This document shows, piece after piece, positions 26,444 through 39,679 of a stretch of 64,000 nucleotides of DNA. The DNA is from Octopus vulgaris (Eukaryota): positions 69,812,001-69,876,000 of the forward strand of contig OX597823.1 of NCBI GenBank assembly GCA_951406725.2, read 5' to 3'. Position 1 is the first letter of the stretch, and the number at the start of each line of letters is the position of its first letter. Under the pieces are notes generated by a model. The model did not search any database and had not been told where the DNA came from. It saw only the letters and a program-made list of their open reading frames with translations. Made by a program: the position numbers and the translations under genes.

Positions 26444-26526
26444 AGTCATTACGGTCGTTTCAAGCGACGCCTTTAATTGATTAATGAAGGAAAACATTGC
26501 AAAGAGACCGTTTTCGTCGGGTGACT
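26444..26526 (-). ncRNA. Degenerate type I hammerhead-like motif (CCGACGA core, long stem II)
   Basis: agtcac CCGACGA aaacgg...tcgctt GAAAC gacc GTA atgact, lying between (TG)n and (TA)n. Confidence 0.55.
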
Positions 26527-26615
26527 GCATAGACTTTAAACGCAAAGGACAAACCAGCTGCTTTAACATATTTACATCACCAATGGAGCTCAAAATATTT
26601 ACATTGATACTGCTG

Positions 26616-26668
<53 letters not shown>

Positions 26669-27059
26669 CAGTTGGGTCGTGTTATCTGCAGACACTGCAA
26701 GAATATCAAGTTCAAACACTTCTGCAGACAGACTGATATTCACCTGACATTGGGTGTGCTGATTCACAAAGTTTTCATCAATTGAGCCTATTGCTGCACA
26801 AAACAGCGATGTATTTCCTGCTATTTGACACCTATTGAGAGTTAATTGAACTGGGTCACTAAATGATAAGTATATCGATCAGAGGCTTCATCACATTTCT
26901 TCTGACAGAATACAAATTTCTGGTCCGTTGATTCGTAGTCCGACAAAATGGTAGCGTTCCACAGCTAGTACGATATTTCAGTAACACAGTGAAACACCAA
27001 TTATCTATTTCGATGATTAATCACTAACCTTAATTTCAGATTGATTATTTTCATTTCAG

Positions 27060-27157
27060 TTATATTACCTTCCAGTAACATCGAGGTTAATGAGTCTGAA
27101 ATGTACTTTTATGAGGACTGGACGGATGACTTATCAAGAACTTTCCAATATCTGTGA
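27060..27157 (+). other. Possible terminal coding exon
   Basis: Branch-like CTAAC and acceptor attttcatttcAG, then ILPSSNIEVNESEMYFYEDWTDDLSRTFQYL*. No recognisable homology. Confidence 0.2.
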
Positions 27158-29043
27158 ACTGTGTTTTGGCAGAAAATGTTACGTATTGCGTTAGATCATT
27201 TGAATTTAGAGTCGATTTTTTGCACTTTCTGAATTTTTCTGCTTTTCATCAAGGATTCTACAAAGTAATGACTAGTAATGTACTAAGTTGTCATGGTGAA
27301 ATTCTACGCTCAGCTTGTCAGAATTTTTATCATATTAATAATCTTCTTATTGGAGTATGACATCATACATGCATTTTAGCTTTAAAAATACATGTATACA
27401 TGTATTTTAGCTTTGAAAGATGATTATAGATAAGCTTTTTGTAAAATGATATTGCAGGTCATTTTTTTACGTTCATCACATTTCTGCTAAAATCCTGTTG
27501 TATAAAGCTAAAATCCTATTGTATCCTTTAGTGATAAAGCATGTCATAGGTTAGCCACATTTGCGAAAGAGTATAATCAATCAATAATATACCTCTAAAT
27601 AATAATACGTTTTGGAAAACAACGAAGCACTCTTTGTATGGCTGCTTGATTGATAGAAGTAACAGCCAAATTTCCCTCAAATTACACCCTTACCATCTTA
27701 ATAAAGAAACCCTTGATAATATGGCTTAGTATACATAAGGCATGAAAAATGGAGTGGCCACTGTTGGAACGTCGTGAATCATATTCTTTCTATGTCAAAG
27801 CTTGCCTATGGCTAAGCAGCAATAACAAATTGGATTTGCATCAAACCAAGAAAAATCAATAATTTTATCCATAAACCTATTTCATGTGCGGTTTTGGTAT
27901 CCTTGTAGTAAAATCTTCTGAAGCGTTTGTTTGCACAAGTATGTTGATATTGAGTTAAAAGATAAACTTAGTCTCTTTTGTTTCAATAATAAAAAAAATA
28001 TGCTGCTTTGTAAACCTAACATAATACACTTCCAGTATCTTATGTAACTAAACACTTTCAATATTCTCAGCTTGATCCCTTTTCTGTTTAGATTAGTAAA
28101 CAAAAACACAGTAGCTTACTGCAGATTATAACCGATCCATCATCATCGTGGCTATCACCATCATCGTCGATATCATCATCATCATCACCATCACCTGACT
28201 TATTCTCATAATTGCCACCACTACCATAACAATCATCATTATCATTCTCATGTGGAAGAACTATACTGAAATGTACTTTATTTTCAAATAAAAACATTTT
28301 TTTGAAATTCAAGCGTCTGCTGTTTGCATTATAATCTTTTTGTTTCTGCTTAAATTAGTTTAGCATTTTTTATTCTTAAAATATAATCTTCATATAGACG
28401 AAAAGCAGCTATATGGTATACCAAGTTTACAGTCAAGTTATCAATAACGTTAGATATTAGAATCTTGAATAATTTATTACGTTCGTTTCTTCTGAGTTTG
28501 AAAAAATATTGGATTTCTTCCAATATATTGTTTTATGGGTTGTTTTGGTCGTTTTTCTTGTTTATTTTCTGTTTTCTTCTAGTTCTATAACTCTATTGGG
28601 GCTTTTTTTTTGTCTTGGAAGTAATATAAAAACAAATCCAATAAAAGAAAAAGAATCATCCTCAGAATTTCGAATTTATATTTCAGATACTTATGCTGCC
28701 AATATAAGCAGATTATTTTTTAAATGTATTTTATGCTGTAACAGCCTTTAAGTAAACTGTAGTTCCTAGCAGTAATAATTCATGCATAAAATATTGGAAT
28801 ATTACATTCCAATTAAAATAATGAATATTTTAAATAAATATTTTAGCATATTTACAAAACAGCTTCATTTGATTTAATTTTATTAAAATATATTGTCTGA
28901 GATTCTTTAGAAGTGCTTTTTCATTTTTCTTTTTTTTCAAAGTTTGAAGGGAGCCTTAACGGACAAAAATAAATTGATGAACTGTAGAGATGTGATAGAT
29001 ATATTAACTAGCCTAGTAAAGATTAGTATTGTGCAAATGCATT

Positions 29044-29350
29044 CTGGCACTCCGTCAGTTATGACAACGAGGATTCCAGTTAATCCGATCCACGGAATGG
29101 CTTGCTCATGAAATTAATGTACAAGAGGCTGAGCACTCTACAGACATGCGTACCCTTCACGTAGTTCTCAAGGCGATTCAGCATGACACAGGATGTGACA
29201 AGGCTGGCCCTTTGAAATACAGGTACAACTCATATTTGCCAGCTGAATGAAATAAAGTATTTTGCTCAAAGACACAACGTGCTACTTGAAATCGAACTCA
29301 CAATCTTACGATCGTGAGCCGAACACCCTAACCACTAAACCACACAACTT
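29044..29350 (-). mobile_element. SINE family C
   Basis: Shares ctc(a/g)tgaaattaa...gagcactc...tacccttcacgtagttctc...ggccctttgaaatacagg with 38461-38770; tRNA-like head at the right end. Confidence 0.75.
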
Positions 29351-30127
29351 CTCTTGTATAAATGTTATAGATGTATTGATTGGCTTTGTAAACAGATATA
29401 TTAAAGTCTCAGCGAAACTATATCTAGTGAATTGAAACATAACCATGGTCAAGGCACTTGTGCATTAAGTATACGATATAAGGAAGACTCGACTTGCCAA
29501 AAATAGTATCTAAATCTTCCCGAAACCATATTCCAAAGGCTTAAAATTTAGGTCTGGGTACTTGGATACTTATCTAAAATTAAGATGTCATGGCTGGAAT
29601 GCTTTTTACCACAAGTCTGCTCATTAAGAGCCCTCTTGGACCTATATAACAACTATGTAGGAAATTTCTCCTCTCGTTTTATACCTACCATCTGATAATG
29701 AAGTACAAAAGGTAAGTGTAGCTTAGTTTTCAGCAACGACTTCATCCTTGTTGAGTTACCTCGTATTTTTGCAGAGTTTAATATATAACACCTCACGGGA
29801 AATTGATTTATGATAGATTAACGCCTATCTAGAGAAATATCTGTTTCTCACTTGGTTATTATGACAGAAATTGAAACTAAACACCAAAACCGTGCGATGC
29901 TGTGACTTCTGCTAAAAGGATTAACTATTTAACAAATTGTTAAGAGCATATGTAGTGATTGATAGCGCATCATTAATGCGTGGATCGTAAAGGGATACAT
30001 AAATAATAGAAATAGCGAATCATACCTAGACGCACATTTGTTTATATTTTAATAAGTCATCGTCCATTACTCACAATATGTATCCAGAGGAGATATAAGT
30101 GGTCTGTGATGAATCGTGAAATAAAAA

Positions 30128-30450
30128 TTAAACAGATCGGTCGGATTCTCCTCCCAAGCTGCTGAACAGGCCTTAATGGGGTTTTAATTTTGCAACAACA
30201 CTAGATGCATAAAAGTGATGATCCTTATATTTATGAGTTCATACAGTGGCTTACTAAAAGATGGAGCATTGGTGGTTTATTTATTATCACCTGTGCTAGA
30301 TTTTGTGTCCACAATCAAAAAAGGCTCAATCGCAACTAGTCCACGTAATCAGTCTTGAAACAGGGGTCAAGTATTATCAGTTGTTGCTATTTTGCTGCTG
30401 TATTAAGGCCTGTTCAGCAACTGGAATGTGCATTCAATCGATCTGTTTAA
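30128..30450. mobile_element. MITE-like element with ~50-bp imperfect TIRs bounded by TTAA
   Basis: ttaaacagatcg...gctgaacaggccttaat versus attaaggcctgttcagc...cgatctgtttaa. Confidence 0.7.
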
Positions 30451-32832
30451 GGAATTTTAGTTGGTTTTAATTTAGAAGAAGGCTGAAAACATTTCAGTTC
30501 TTTCAAAATACTTTGTACAGCTATGTTCCGTCATATATTGTTTCAGTTCAATTGTGTAGGTTAGCATATTTTGGTAAGTGAAGGACTCCATCAAACATTT
30601 AAGTACATTGAACGAAAACAAAGTCTTCAGAAGGACTCCAACACCCAAAACTTTGTAGGACTTATTGTTACCATTTGTTTCATATAAGGTTTCCTTTAAA
30701 TATCCAATTCTGATTTGATTATATTTTTGTTACCTTAATTTTTCATTAATTTCATTTTTTGCTATCTTCTGAAACTTTCCGAACAATATTAGAATATTTC
30801 ACAGACTAATCGGTTAGTTCAAATGAAATGAAATTAAATTTAAATTTTTATTTCAATATAATTAATTTGACTTCTAATGAAATTTTCACATTTGTGCTAA
30901 GGGATTTTTTCGGTCATTTTTTAATGCATATTGCTTTGTGAGTTGTGTATAATTAGTGTCTATTTTTATCGTTCGTTTTCAAAAAAATTTGCATTGACAT
31001 TAAAATTGTAAATGAATTGCTTTTATAATTAAATTCTGTACACTTCATTTGATCTCTCGTTTTGGGGACATTTTTTATATATTTCAAGATAGCAGAAAGG
31101 TATTAATAGTGGAATATTATAGTGAAAGTATAGCAGAATTAATTTACATTCCGAATTCAAGATTTCTCCTATTAACATATCCTTTGTCTCTCCTGGATTT
31201 AATAAAATAAGTTCCAGCAATGTATTGTTAAGTTCATTATATTATATCATTGCATCGCACTACAATTATGCGTCGTATATAAAAGTTAGAAATCATAATC
31301 ACTACGAATTGCGGGCTGGGTTTGTTGAAAGAATAGTTCTACAAACTGAAAAGCTTGGAATAGTTTGTTTTGTATTTCGATATTCAAGATTTAAATTCTA
31401 TTTAGTGTGCTATATAGATAAAAAGGAATTGTGCATGCCGACATACATTGCGTGCGACCGAACCTGATTTATAGTCATACAAAAAAATTATATAATGAAT
31501 AACATGCAATTTTGTTAATGCATACAAAAAATAACAAATGTTTGCAAACAGTAACAGTAATGAAAAAAGAATGAATTAGCGAGATTTCATAATTTTAAAG
31601 TTTATTTGAAAAGGTCGTGTACGAAACCGCTCACTATGATGCTTGTAAAAGAAAACATTACAGGACAATACCAAAAATAAAACACCAGAACAAGAAGTTT
31701 TTAAGAACGCACAAAGCACTTAAGTGTACGTGTGTTTCTAAACATGATTTTTATGTGAGAGTGTTTTCATTAGATTCGCCTAACAATGGAAAAAATTCTC
31801 TGGAGCATGACAAATGTAGATCTCCGAGAGATCTGGTATTATGGAAATCATAATAATGGTTGTCGAGAAGGAAAGAAGCTAAATTTATTAATACGTTACT
31901 CGTTTATTATTGTCTCAATCCCTTGTAAGATGTTCTTGTTTTTGCCGATTAGCTCGATGTCAACCTTGACTGTGTAAACTTATGATCAAAAATATTCCAG
32001 CCATGATTAATCCATCTATTTTTAAAGTATTTAGTGCAACATTATTCAAATGTAACTTTCTTTGTTTGAAATGGTTGCGTTTAATTTCAGGGAGATCTGG
32101 TTACCATTTCTAGTTGACTGGGCGTCTACGTAGAGGCTCCTATATTGACTCCTTCATAATGTTATTGTTGCTTGGTCTTCAAGGAGGAGTATTTTCAGAG
32201 ATATTCAATCTGTTATCATCCTTTCTTTTTCAGCATACATTGGATCATAACAAATGCATTTACGCTTTTTAAGAAGAGTGTGATATAAGAATCAGATATT
32301 ACATCCCACTGGTCAAGTGACTGCAAAGAGGCTTTCCCATTTAGCTATTTAATATGATCTTCATGTTGTTTAGCCCTAAATTCAGCAAACATATGATGAA
32401 AATATTCCATCCATGCCCACGCTTATCTAGGACTATATTATCCGATTTTTCCTTTATCTTTTTAAGACCACAGACTGATTTAGAGGAGATTTGGCAGCCC
32501 TTCTAAAGAAATACCGAAAGAAGGAATAAGGAAAGAAAACAGATGGTGAGAGGTAAAAAAATGGAAAGAGGAAAAAGTCGTGACTGGATTAACGGTTGAG
32601 TATGTTTTATTTTTTGTACAAATTTGAAACATGTATTATATACTCTGATGTTGTCATCCCCGTTTGATCTTGCCTGACTCAATTTCCTTCTTTCTTGTAC
32701 CTTCATCTCTTTTCCTACCTACTTTTCGGATCTTTGCCACCTCTCCTGAACCACTTTACCACAACTCCACCCCCTATTACCAGTGGAACTTTATACTTCT
32801 CGGATTCTACCATCATAGATCTTATTGCACAC

Positions 32833-32886
<54 letters not shown>

Positions 32887-33057
32887 CATAAATAGAAACC
32901 TTATTATTTCTAAATCTCTCTAAGAGAAATATTCAGTAACACTTCTTTAAAGTGAAGACTATTTGCAAACATAATGTCCAATCAGGACAGCCACATTATG
33001 TCGGCAAAAAGTCTTTATTATATATATATACATACATATGTGTGTGTATGTGCGTGC

Positions 33058-33130
<73 letters not shown>

Positions 33131-33237
33131 TTATAAACGGACAAATATGTATTATCCAAACATATTTGTAGAGAGAGATTTATGTTTTGTGAATAGGTAT
33201 ACGTGTTTACGTGTTTGTTTGTACGTGTATGCATATT

Positions 33238-33577
33238 GAGACCCCCTTCGGTCATGTCTGACCGTGGGATTGCACCTAGAATGTTACCCTTCCAGGTACA
33301 AGTCCTGGCAAGGTTGTTTATGGAAGACCAGCAGTCGCCCATGCATGCTGGCCGCCTCCCCTCTCCACGCCACCACTGTTATCCAAGGGAAAGGCAAAGG
33401 GGCCGATACAGCTTGGCACCTGTGACGTCGCAACTCATTTCTGCAGCTGAGTGAACTGGAGCAACGTGAAATAAAGTGTCTTGCTCAAGAACACAACACG
33501 CAGTCCGGTCCGGCATTCGAACTCACAACCTCACGATCGTAAGCTCGACGCTCTAACCACTGAGCCATGCGCCTTCA
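33238..33577 (-). mobile_element. SINE (tRNA-like head, distinct tail)
   Basis: Minus-strand head gaaggcgcatggctcagtggttagagcg...gtgagttcgaatgcc; the central part is shared with family C. Confidence 0.75.
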
Positions 33578-33959
33578 CATGTGTATGCATATGGCATATG
33601 CATGTGGGTATTTATGAGTACGAATGCTACATATGAGTACTTTTGTCCCCATCATTATCCCGAACCCCTAAAATTTACACAGCCAGTATCTTTCTCTATC
33701 ATATCGTCTGATCACGTTCTTTAACTCAGTGCCTCATCTAATCAACGTAACTTACATCAACTCAACGCATAACAACTTGTGTAACTCGATAATCATCGCC
33801 ATCGATAAGCATCACAAATATATACAAATATTGAACAACTTTGCGCACTTCCGCAGCAAACATGCATCAAGTACGCTTGTATTTTTAGAATGGTGTCATA
33901 TCAATACGCACTATCACACACATGTACATGCGTATCTGATTCTAATCACATGCTTTCGT

Positions 33960-34076
33960 GTGTCAGCATGCATATATATGTGCACACGTTATATGTATAT
34001 GTATATATGCGCATATATTAATTATATCTTATGTGCATGATTATATACATATACGTATATATACCTATCTGTGTAA

Positions 34077-34116
<40 letters not shown>

Positions 34117-34129
34117 GCATATTCGTATA

Positions 34130-34181
<52 letters not shown>

Positions 34182-34354
34182 CATATATGTATGTGTGTGT
34201 ATATATATATGTGTGTGTGTGTATATATATACATATATTTATATGTGTATATATATATATATACACACATATATGTATGTGTGTATATATATATACATAC
34301 ATATATATATGCAGTATATATATATTTATACAGTATATATATATATTTTTCATA

Positions 34355-34417
<63 letters not shown>

Positions 34418-34495
34418 TATATTCATATCTACATACATACATACATACATACATACAAACATACATACATACATACATACATACAGATGTGTGTG
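33960..34495. repeat. Compound (TA)n/(TG)n/(TACA)n microsatellite block, representative of dozens in the window
   Basis: Directly visible. Source of the YIYI/HTHT/MYVC pseudo-ORFs. Confidence 0.98.
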
Positions 34496-34953
34496 TTTGG
34501 GTGTTTGCAATATTAAGTATTATAGCTCGGTAAACATCATTTTGAGATTAAAAGAACAGAACAACAAGCCCATTAACGGAAATCGAACGAAATATCTAGC
34601 AGTTTATGGCGCTTTCATGCTATTTGTTATGTCACATTAAACATTCTTTGTCGTCTCCTTCACCATTACCTATAAATTTCTACCTGTATACAATCAAAAA
34701 TATTTACCTGAGCTTGTTTGGGAATTTGCCAGTCAGCAATTTAGTTGAAGGTGTGTTTAAGAATTCCTCTTTGTAGTTTGTTAGCTTCGTAACTATGGAT
34801 CACCTTACTCGATTCTACTGCGCAGGTGTTCGGGTAAGTGTTTTGTACAACAGCCTTCGGGTTGACTCACGAGTTTAAAGGATAACTTGGAAGCTGGAAA
34901 CTCTGTGAAAATTCCACTCAATGTACGAATATACATAAATACACATACCTAAA

Positions 34954-35173
34954 TACGAGCAGTACTGAAAAGTTCTTGGTTTTAAGGGTGCCGCAAAAAG
35001 CCTAGCTGGAGGCCCAGTCTTCGAGATTTATTACAGAGCTTAGAAAAGCTGAAGGACCGCTGCAATGAATGTGTGAATCTAAGAGGGAAATATGATTTAA
35101 AAAATCATAATGAACTGATTCCCCTGCACTTTGTTCTATCAAAAGCCAGGAACATTTCAGCACCCCAACTCGT
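34954..35173. mobile_element. Mariner-derived MITE
   Basis: tacgagcagtactgaaaagttcttgg versus ccaggaacatttcagcaccccaactcgt; internal remnant of a transposase C-terminus (DRCNECVNLRGKY). Confidence 0.55.
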
Positions 35174-35185
35174 TCTTGGTTCTTG

Positions 35186-35294
35186 ATTCAGTCCCACTGC
35201 GTGTCACATCGAGGAAGTGAGTTCTATTATAGCCCCGGATCGACCAAAGCCATATCAGTGAATTTAGTAGATGGAAACTGAAAGAAGCCCGTCG

Positions 35295-35354
<60 letters not shown>

Positions 35355-35550
35355 TATGTTCCTCTTTGTCCCCATCAACGCTTGAAGAATGGTATTGGTT
35401 TGTTTACGTCCCCGTGACTTAACGATTCGAAGAAACTATCAGACTTAAAAATAAAATAAAACAGGGTCTATTCGATTGACTAAATCATTCAAGTCGGTGC
35501 ACCAGCATGGTCGCAGATTAATGACTGAGACAGGTAAAAAGATAAAAGAT
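35186..35550 (+). mobile_element. SINE family B (5'-truncated)
   Basis: ttcagtcccactgcgtg...ggaaactgaaagaagcccgtcg, internal (GATA)n and the family tail. Confidence 0.75.
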
Positions 35551-35567
35551 ACACAGTGTGTGAGTGT

Positions 35568-35683
<116 letters not shown>

Positions 35684-35999
35684 GTGTGCGTGTGTTTTCC
35701 ATAATGAAACGATGCATTTTTAACGTAAGTGCGTAGGACTGGAATAAGCACATTCAGTAAAGAAAATTTCTAGTATATAAACATGGTCAATTGTCCATCA
35801 CTATGAGGTATCCTCTATGTATATATGTGTATGCATGTGTGAATGTATGTGTATACATATATATTTATATGTATGTATGTGTGTAGGTATATTTGTCTGT
35901 CTGTATTTATGTATGTTTGTATGTATATGTGTGTATATATGTTATAAACATCAAAACTTCTAAGAACCCATAAGTCATATAATCGTATAATCAATTTAC

Positions 36000-36173
36000 A
36001 ATATTATAGATCCACTTCAGCCAATTTCACCAATCGGTTTCGCACTGGGTATTAAATAACCGGATATTAGATAGCAGCAAAGTTAATGCCACGTGCTGGT
36101 ATCTAATATCCGCTTATTTAACACCTATTGCGAAACCGATTGGTAACATCGGCTGAAATGGATCTATAATATT
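36000..36173. repeat. Fold-back hairpin (~80-bp arms)
   Basis: aatattatagatcc...ggatattagata.cagca versus tgctggtatctaatatcc...ggatctataatatt. Confidence 0.9.
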
Positions 36174-36189
36174 ATATACATTGATTTAT

Positions 36190-36256
<67 letters not shown>

Positions 36257-36485
36257 CGTGGATGAATAGTAAGAAATTTGCTTCTCAACCACATGGTTCC
36301 AGTTTCAGTCCCACTGCGGGGCATCATGAGCAAATGTTCCCTACTATAGCCTCGTGCCGACCAAAGCCTTGTGAGTTGATTTGGTGGGGGGAAACTGAAA
36401 GAATCCCGTGATGTATAATCATTATACTTCACACATATATAGTGTGTTTTGCTTATAAGTCGATTTGATGCAGACTAGCCCAGGA

Positions 36486-36993
36486 TAACATCCGAATGTC
36501 CTTGACTAGTCGAGATGACTCGCCCTCGATTGAATTCAGGAGTGGTAGATGCCGATATTTCGCCATTGTTGCGTCTTATCAATATTATGCGTCTGAATCG
36601 AACCAAAACGAATAAGCCCCCGTGGTCTATAGCATACAGGTGTGCTTTAACACTCAGTGTTGTCAAGGGAGCCACCCCAGACGCTATCCCGCAGCAAGTC
36701 GGCTTATAAATAAAACATATACACTATGTCTGTGCCATCGATGCTGTTCACATTACCACAGCTACTTTTAATTCGTAATCTAATTTTCTTTCACATGTGC
36801 TTAGCCGTGACACATCAGCAAGTTGTCTTCACTCCATTTGTTCATATGTCGTAGACCAGGAGAGTGATTCGTTTTGGTTCGATTCAGATGCGTATATTCA
36901 TAAGCCACGATGACGTCGAAATACTTCTATTTACCGCTCCTGAATTTGATCCGTGTCGTGTTATGTTGGTTGGTCTATGACATTCAAGTGTTC
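36486..36993. repeat. Diverged inverted-repeat element (~150-bp arms, ~200-bp spacer)
   Basis: tctgaatcgaaccaaaacgaat versus attcgttttggttcgattcaga, with further flanking complementarity. Confidence 0.75.
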
Positions 36994-37318
36994 TTTAACA
37001 CTCAGTGTTAAATTACAGTCTATTCATTCGATTAAAATTTCCAAGGGTAGTGCTCCAGCATGGCCGCAGTCTAAAGACTGAAACAAGTAAAAACAAAAAA
37101 AGAAAAATCTGATGACAGCAACGATGCAGACTAACCGTCGTGCTATAGCACTGCCTTCAAGAGTTTACTCGCACAGATCACCCCCCAATAGATATTTTTA
37201 AATTTTGATACTTGGTCTACTGATTTCCTTTGCTGAACGGTTAAGTTACCTAAACAAACCAGCAAGGGTTGTCAACCGGTAGTGAGGAACAAACACAAAC
37301 ACAAAAACACACAGATAA

Positions 37319-37415
<97 letters not shown>

Positions 37416-37443
37416 AAAATGCGTGTGTATGTAAGTGTGTATG

Positions 37444-37497
<54 letters not shown>

Positions 37498-37501
<4 letters not shown>

Positions 37502-37780
37502 AACAAAAACGCAATAGAGGGCATTAAAACGTTCGGACAGATAGACGATACAAGGGCGGACAAGAGAAACAACAATTAGAAGGACAGGCAAAAAAAGACG
37601 GGTCATTCTTGGCTTTCTTCCATCAGTCAAGTCCCAGAAGTTATGACCATTTCGGGCAGTTACACTTGAGATGGTTCGATCTGGTTGCCGCCCACCCCAA
37701 AAAAATTCTAAGCTAAACGCATTAGAGCCCTTTGTAAGAAAGCCAGCGGATGTGTACGGCAACAAAGACAAAAAAATGCT
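37498..37780 (-). mobile_element. Short (TA)n-anchored element carrying a permuted hammerhead-like motif
   Basis: Abuts (TA)n at tatatgg; architecture parallels 59805-60110. Confidence 0.6.
37611..37677 (-). ncRNA. Non-circularly permuted hammerhead-like motif
   Basis: gaacca TC tcaagt gtaactgccc GAAA tggtc ataacttctggg acttga CTGATGG. Confidence 0.6.
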
Positions 37781-38080
37781 TTTATCTATTTCAGTCTACT
37801 TATTCCACTCTCAAGGCTTTGGGTAGCCCGTTGCTATAGCAGAAAAAAACACTTATCCTAGGAGTCACGCAGTGGGTCTGAACTCGGAATCATGTGTGGT
37901 ATATAATGTTTGCTTCCCAAAGCAAACTTTTTACTACACAGCCATTCCTGCGCCAGTTGATAGTTAGATAGATAGATAAAGAGAGAGAGAGATACATACT
38001 TACATACATACACACACACATACATACATACATTCATACATACATGCATACATTTATGCACGCATACATACATACATACA

Positions 38081-38116
<36 letters not shown>

Positions 38117-38249
38117 TATATGTATGTATGTATGAGAGAGAGAGATACATACTTACATACATACACACACACATACATACATTCATACATACATACATAC
38201 ATTTATGCACGCATACATACATACATACATACATACATACATACATACA

Positions 38250-38330
<81 letters not shown>

Positions 38331-38334
<4 letters not shown>

Positions 38335-38770
38335 GTACACGTGTCTGTGGAGTGCTCAGCCACTTACACGTTAATTTCACGAGCAGGCTGTTCCGTTGAT
38401 CGGATCAACCGGAACCCTCGTCGTCGTAACCGACGGAGTGCTTGCATCCATATATATATATGCTCGTGAAATTAACGTGTAAGTGACTGAGCACTCCACA
38501 GACACGTGTACCCTTAACGTAGTTCTCGGGGATATTCAGCGTGACACAGAGAGTGACAATGCCGGCCCTTTGAAATACAGGTACAACAGAAACAGGAAGT
38601 AAGAGTGAGAGAAAGTTGTGGTGAAAGAGTACAGCAGGGATCACCACCATCCCTGCCGGAACCTCGTGGAGCTTTAGGTGTTTTCGCTCAATAAACACTC
38701 ACAACGCCCGGTCTGGGAATCGAAACCGACCGCGAATCCGCTGCCCTAACCACTGGGCCATTGCGCCTCC
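38331..38770. mobile_element. SINE family C (-, 38461-38770) plus an inverted tail fragment (+, 38331-38441)
   Basis: About 55 bp at 38331-38385 is the reverse complement of 38461-38515; tRNA-like head ggaggcgcaatggcccagtggttagggc. Confidence 0.8.
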
Positions 38771-38771
38771 T

Positions 38772-38819
<48 letters not shown>

Positions 38820-39490
38820 CACACACACACATGCATACTCATGTGTAGAATATATGTATGTGTGTGTATGTGTGTGTGTACAGTCACCTCTTTTAATATG
38901 TGTGTGTATAGAGAGAGAGAGGCAACAATGATATGCATATAAGAGAGAGATCTTAAATGAAACATTGACAATATGTTTGTATAGTGTAGGTTTCTCATTC
39001 TAATCTTGTTTACAATCTCTTATTATCTATGTTTTCAACTTGTAAAAAAAAGTAGTTTTAAGTCATTCATTTATCAGACCCAGGTGATTAAGAGCTACTC
39101 ACGAATTATAAACATAATTAAGTAAAACACACCATTAGATTCTCTCATCAACTGAATACTTATGAGAGTCTGAGCGTTTCAGAGACAGATGTCATGTTAA
39201 ATTGAGTGAAGATATTCTATCTTGCGCGATATTAAGACACTCGTTTGCCTTCGAGTTACATCTTACGCTTCTAAACACTTAGAATTTGGCGCTACTACCT
39301 TCGTCGGTATAGAACTATACCAAGTTCTTTAGCTGAAGATTAGTCTTTGTTGGAGCAGACTAGGCCATGATGATGATGTTGATGATGATGATGATGATGA
39401 GGAGGAGGAGGAGGAGGAGGAGGATGGGGAGTAGGAAGTATGTACATATATGTATGTATATATGCATATATTTATATATTATTTATATTA

Positions 39491-39521
<31 letters not shown>

Positions 39522-39679
39522 TTGTGTATATATATATAAATATATGTATATATATATAAATATATATACAAACATATATACAAACACACAAACCGACAAA
39601 CGTACATATAAACATACCTACATGCATACATACGTACTTACATACATACGTACATTCATGCTCGAATATCTCAGAGAAA

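Noticed and set aside
29661-29711. Possible 51-nt exon EISPLVLYLPSDNEVQK with an AAG|GTAAGT donor
   Set aside because: The acceptor lacks a pyrimidine tract, there is no homology, and it cannot be linked to other exons.
31617-31977. Two short overlapping ORFs in unique sequence
   Set aside because: No recognisable domain or consistent splice structure.
33958-34640. Many long ORFs of YIYI/HTHT/MYVC/CVCV type here and throughout the window
   Set aside because: These are translations of microsatellites.
39165-39315. Minus-strand CCGACGA...GAAACGCTC hammerhead candidate
   Set aside because: No stem I, and the core halves are more than 120 nt apart with minimal stem II support.
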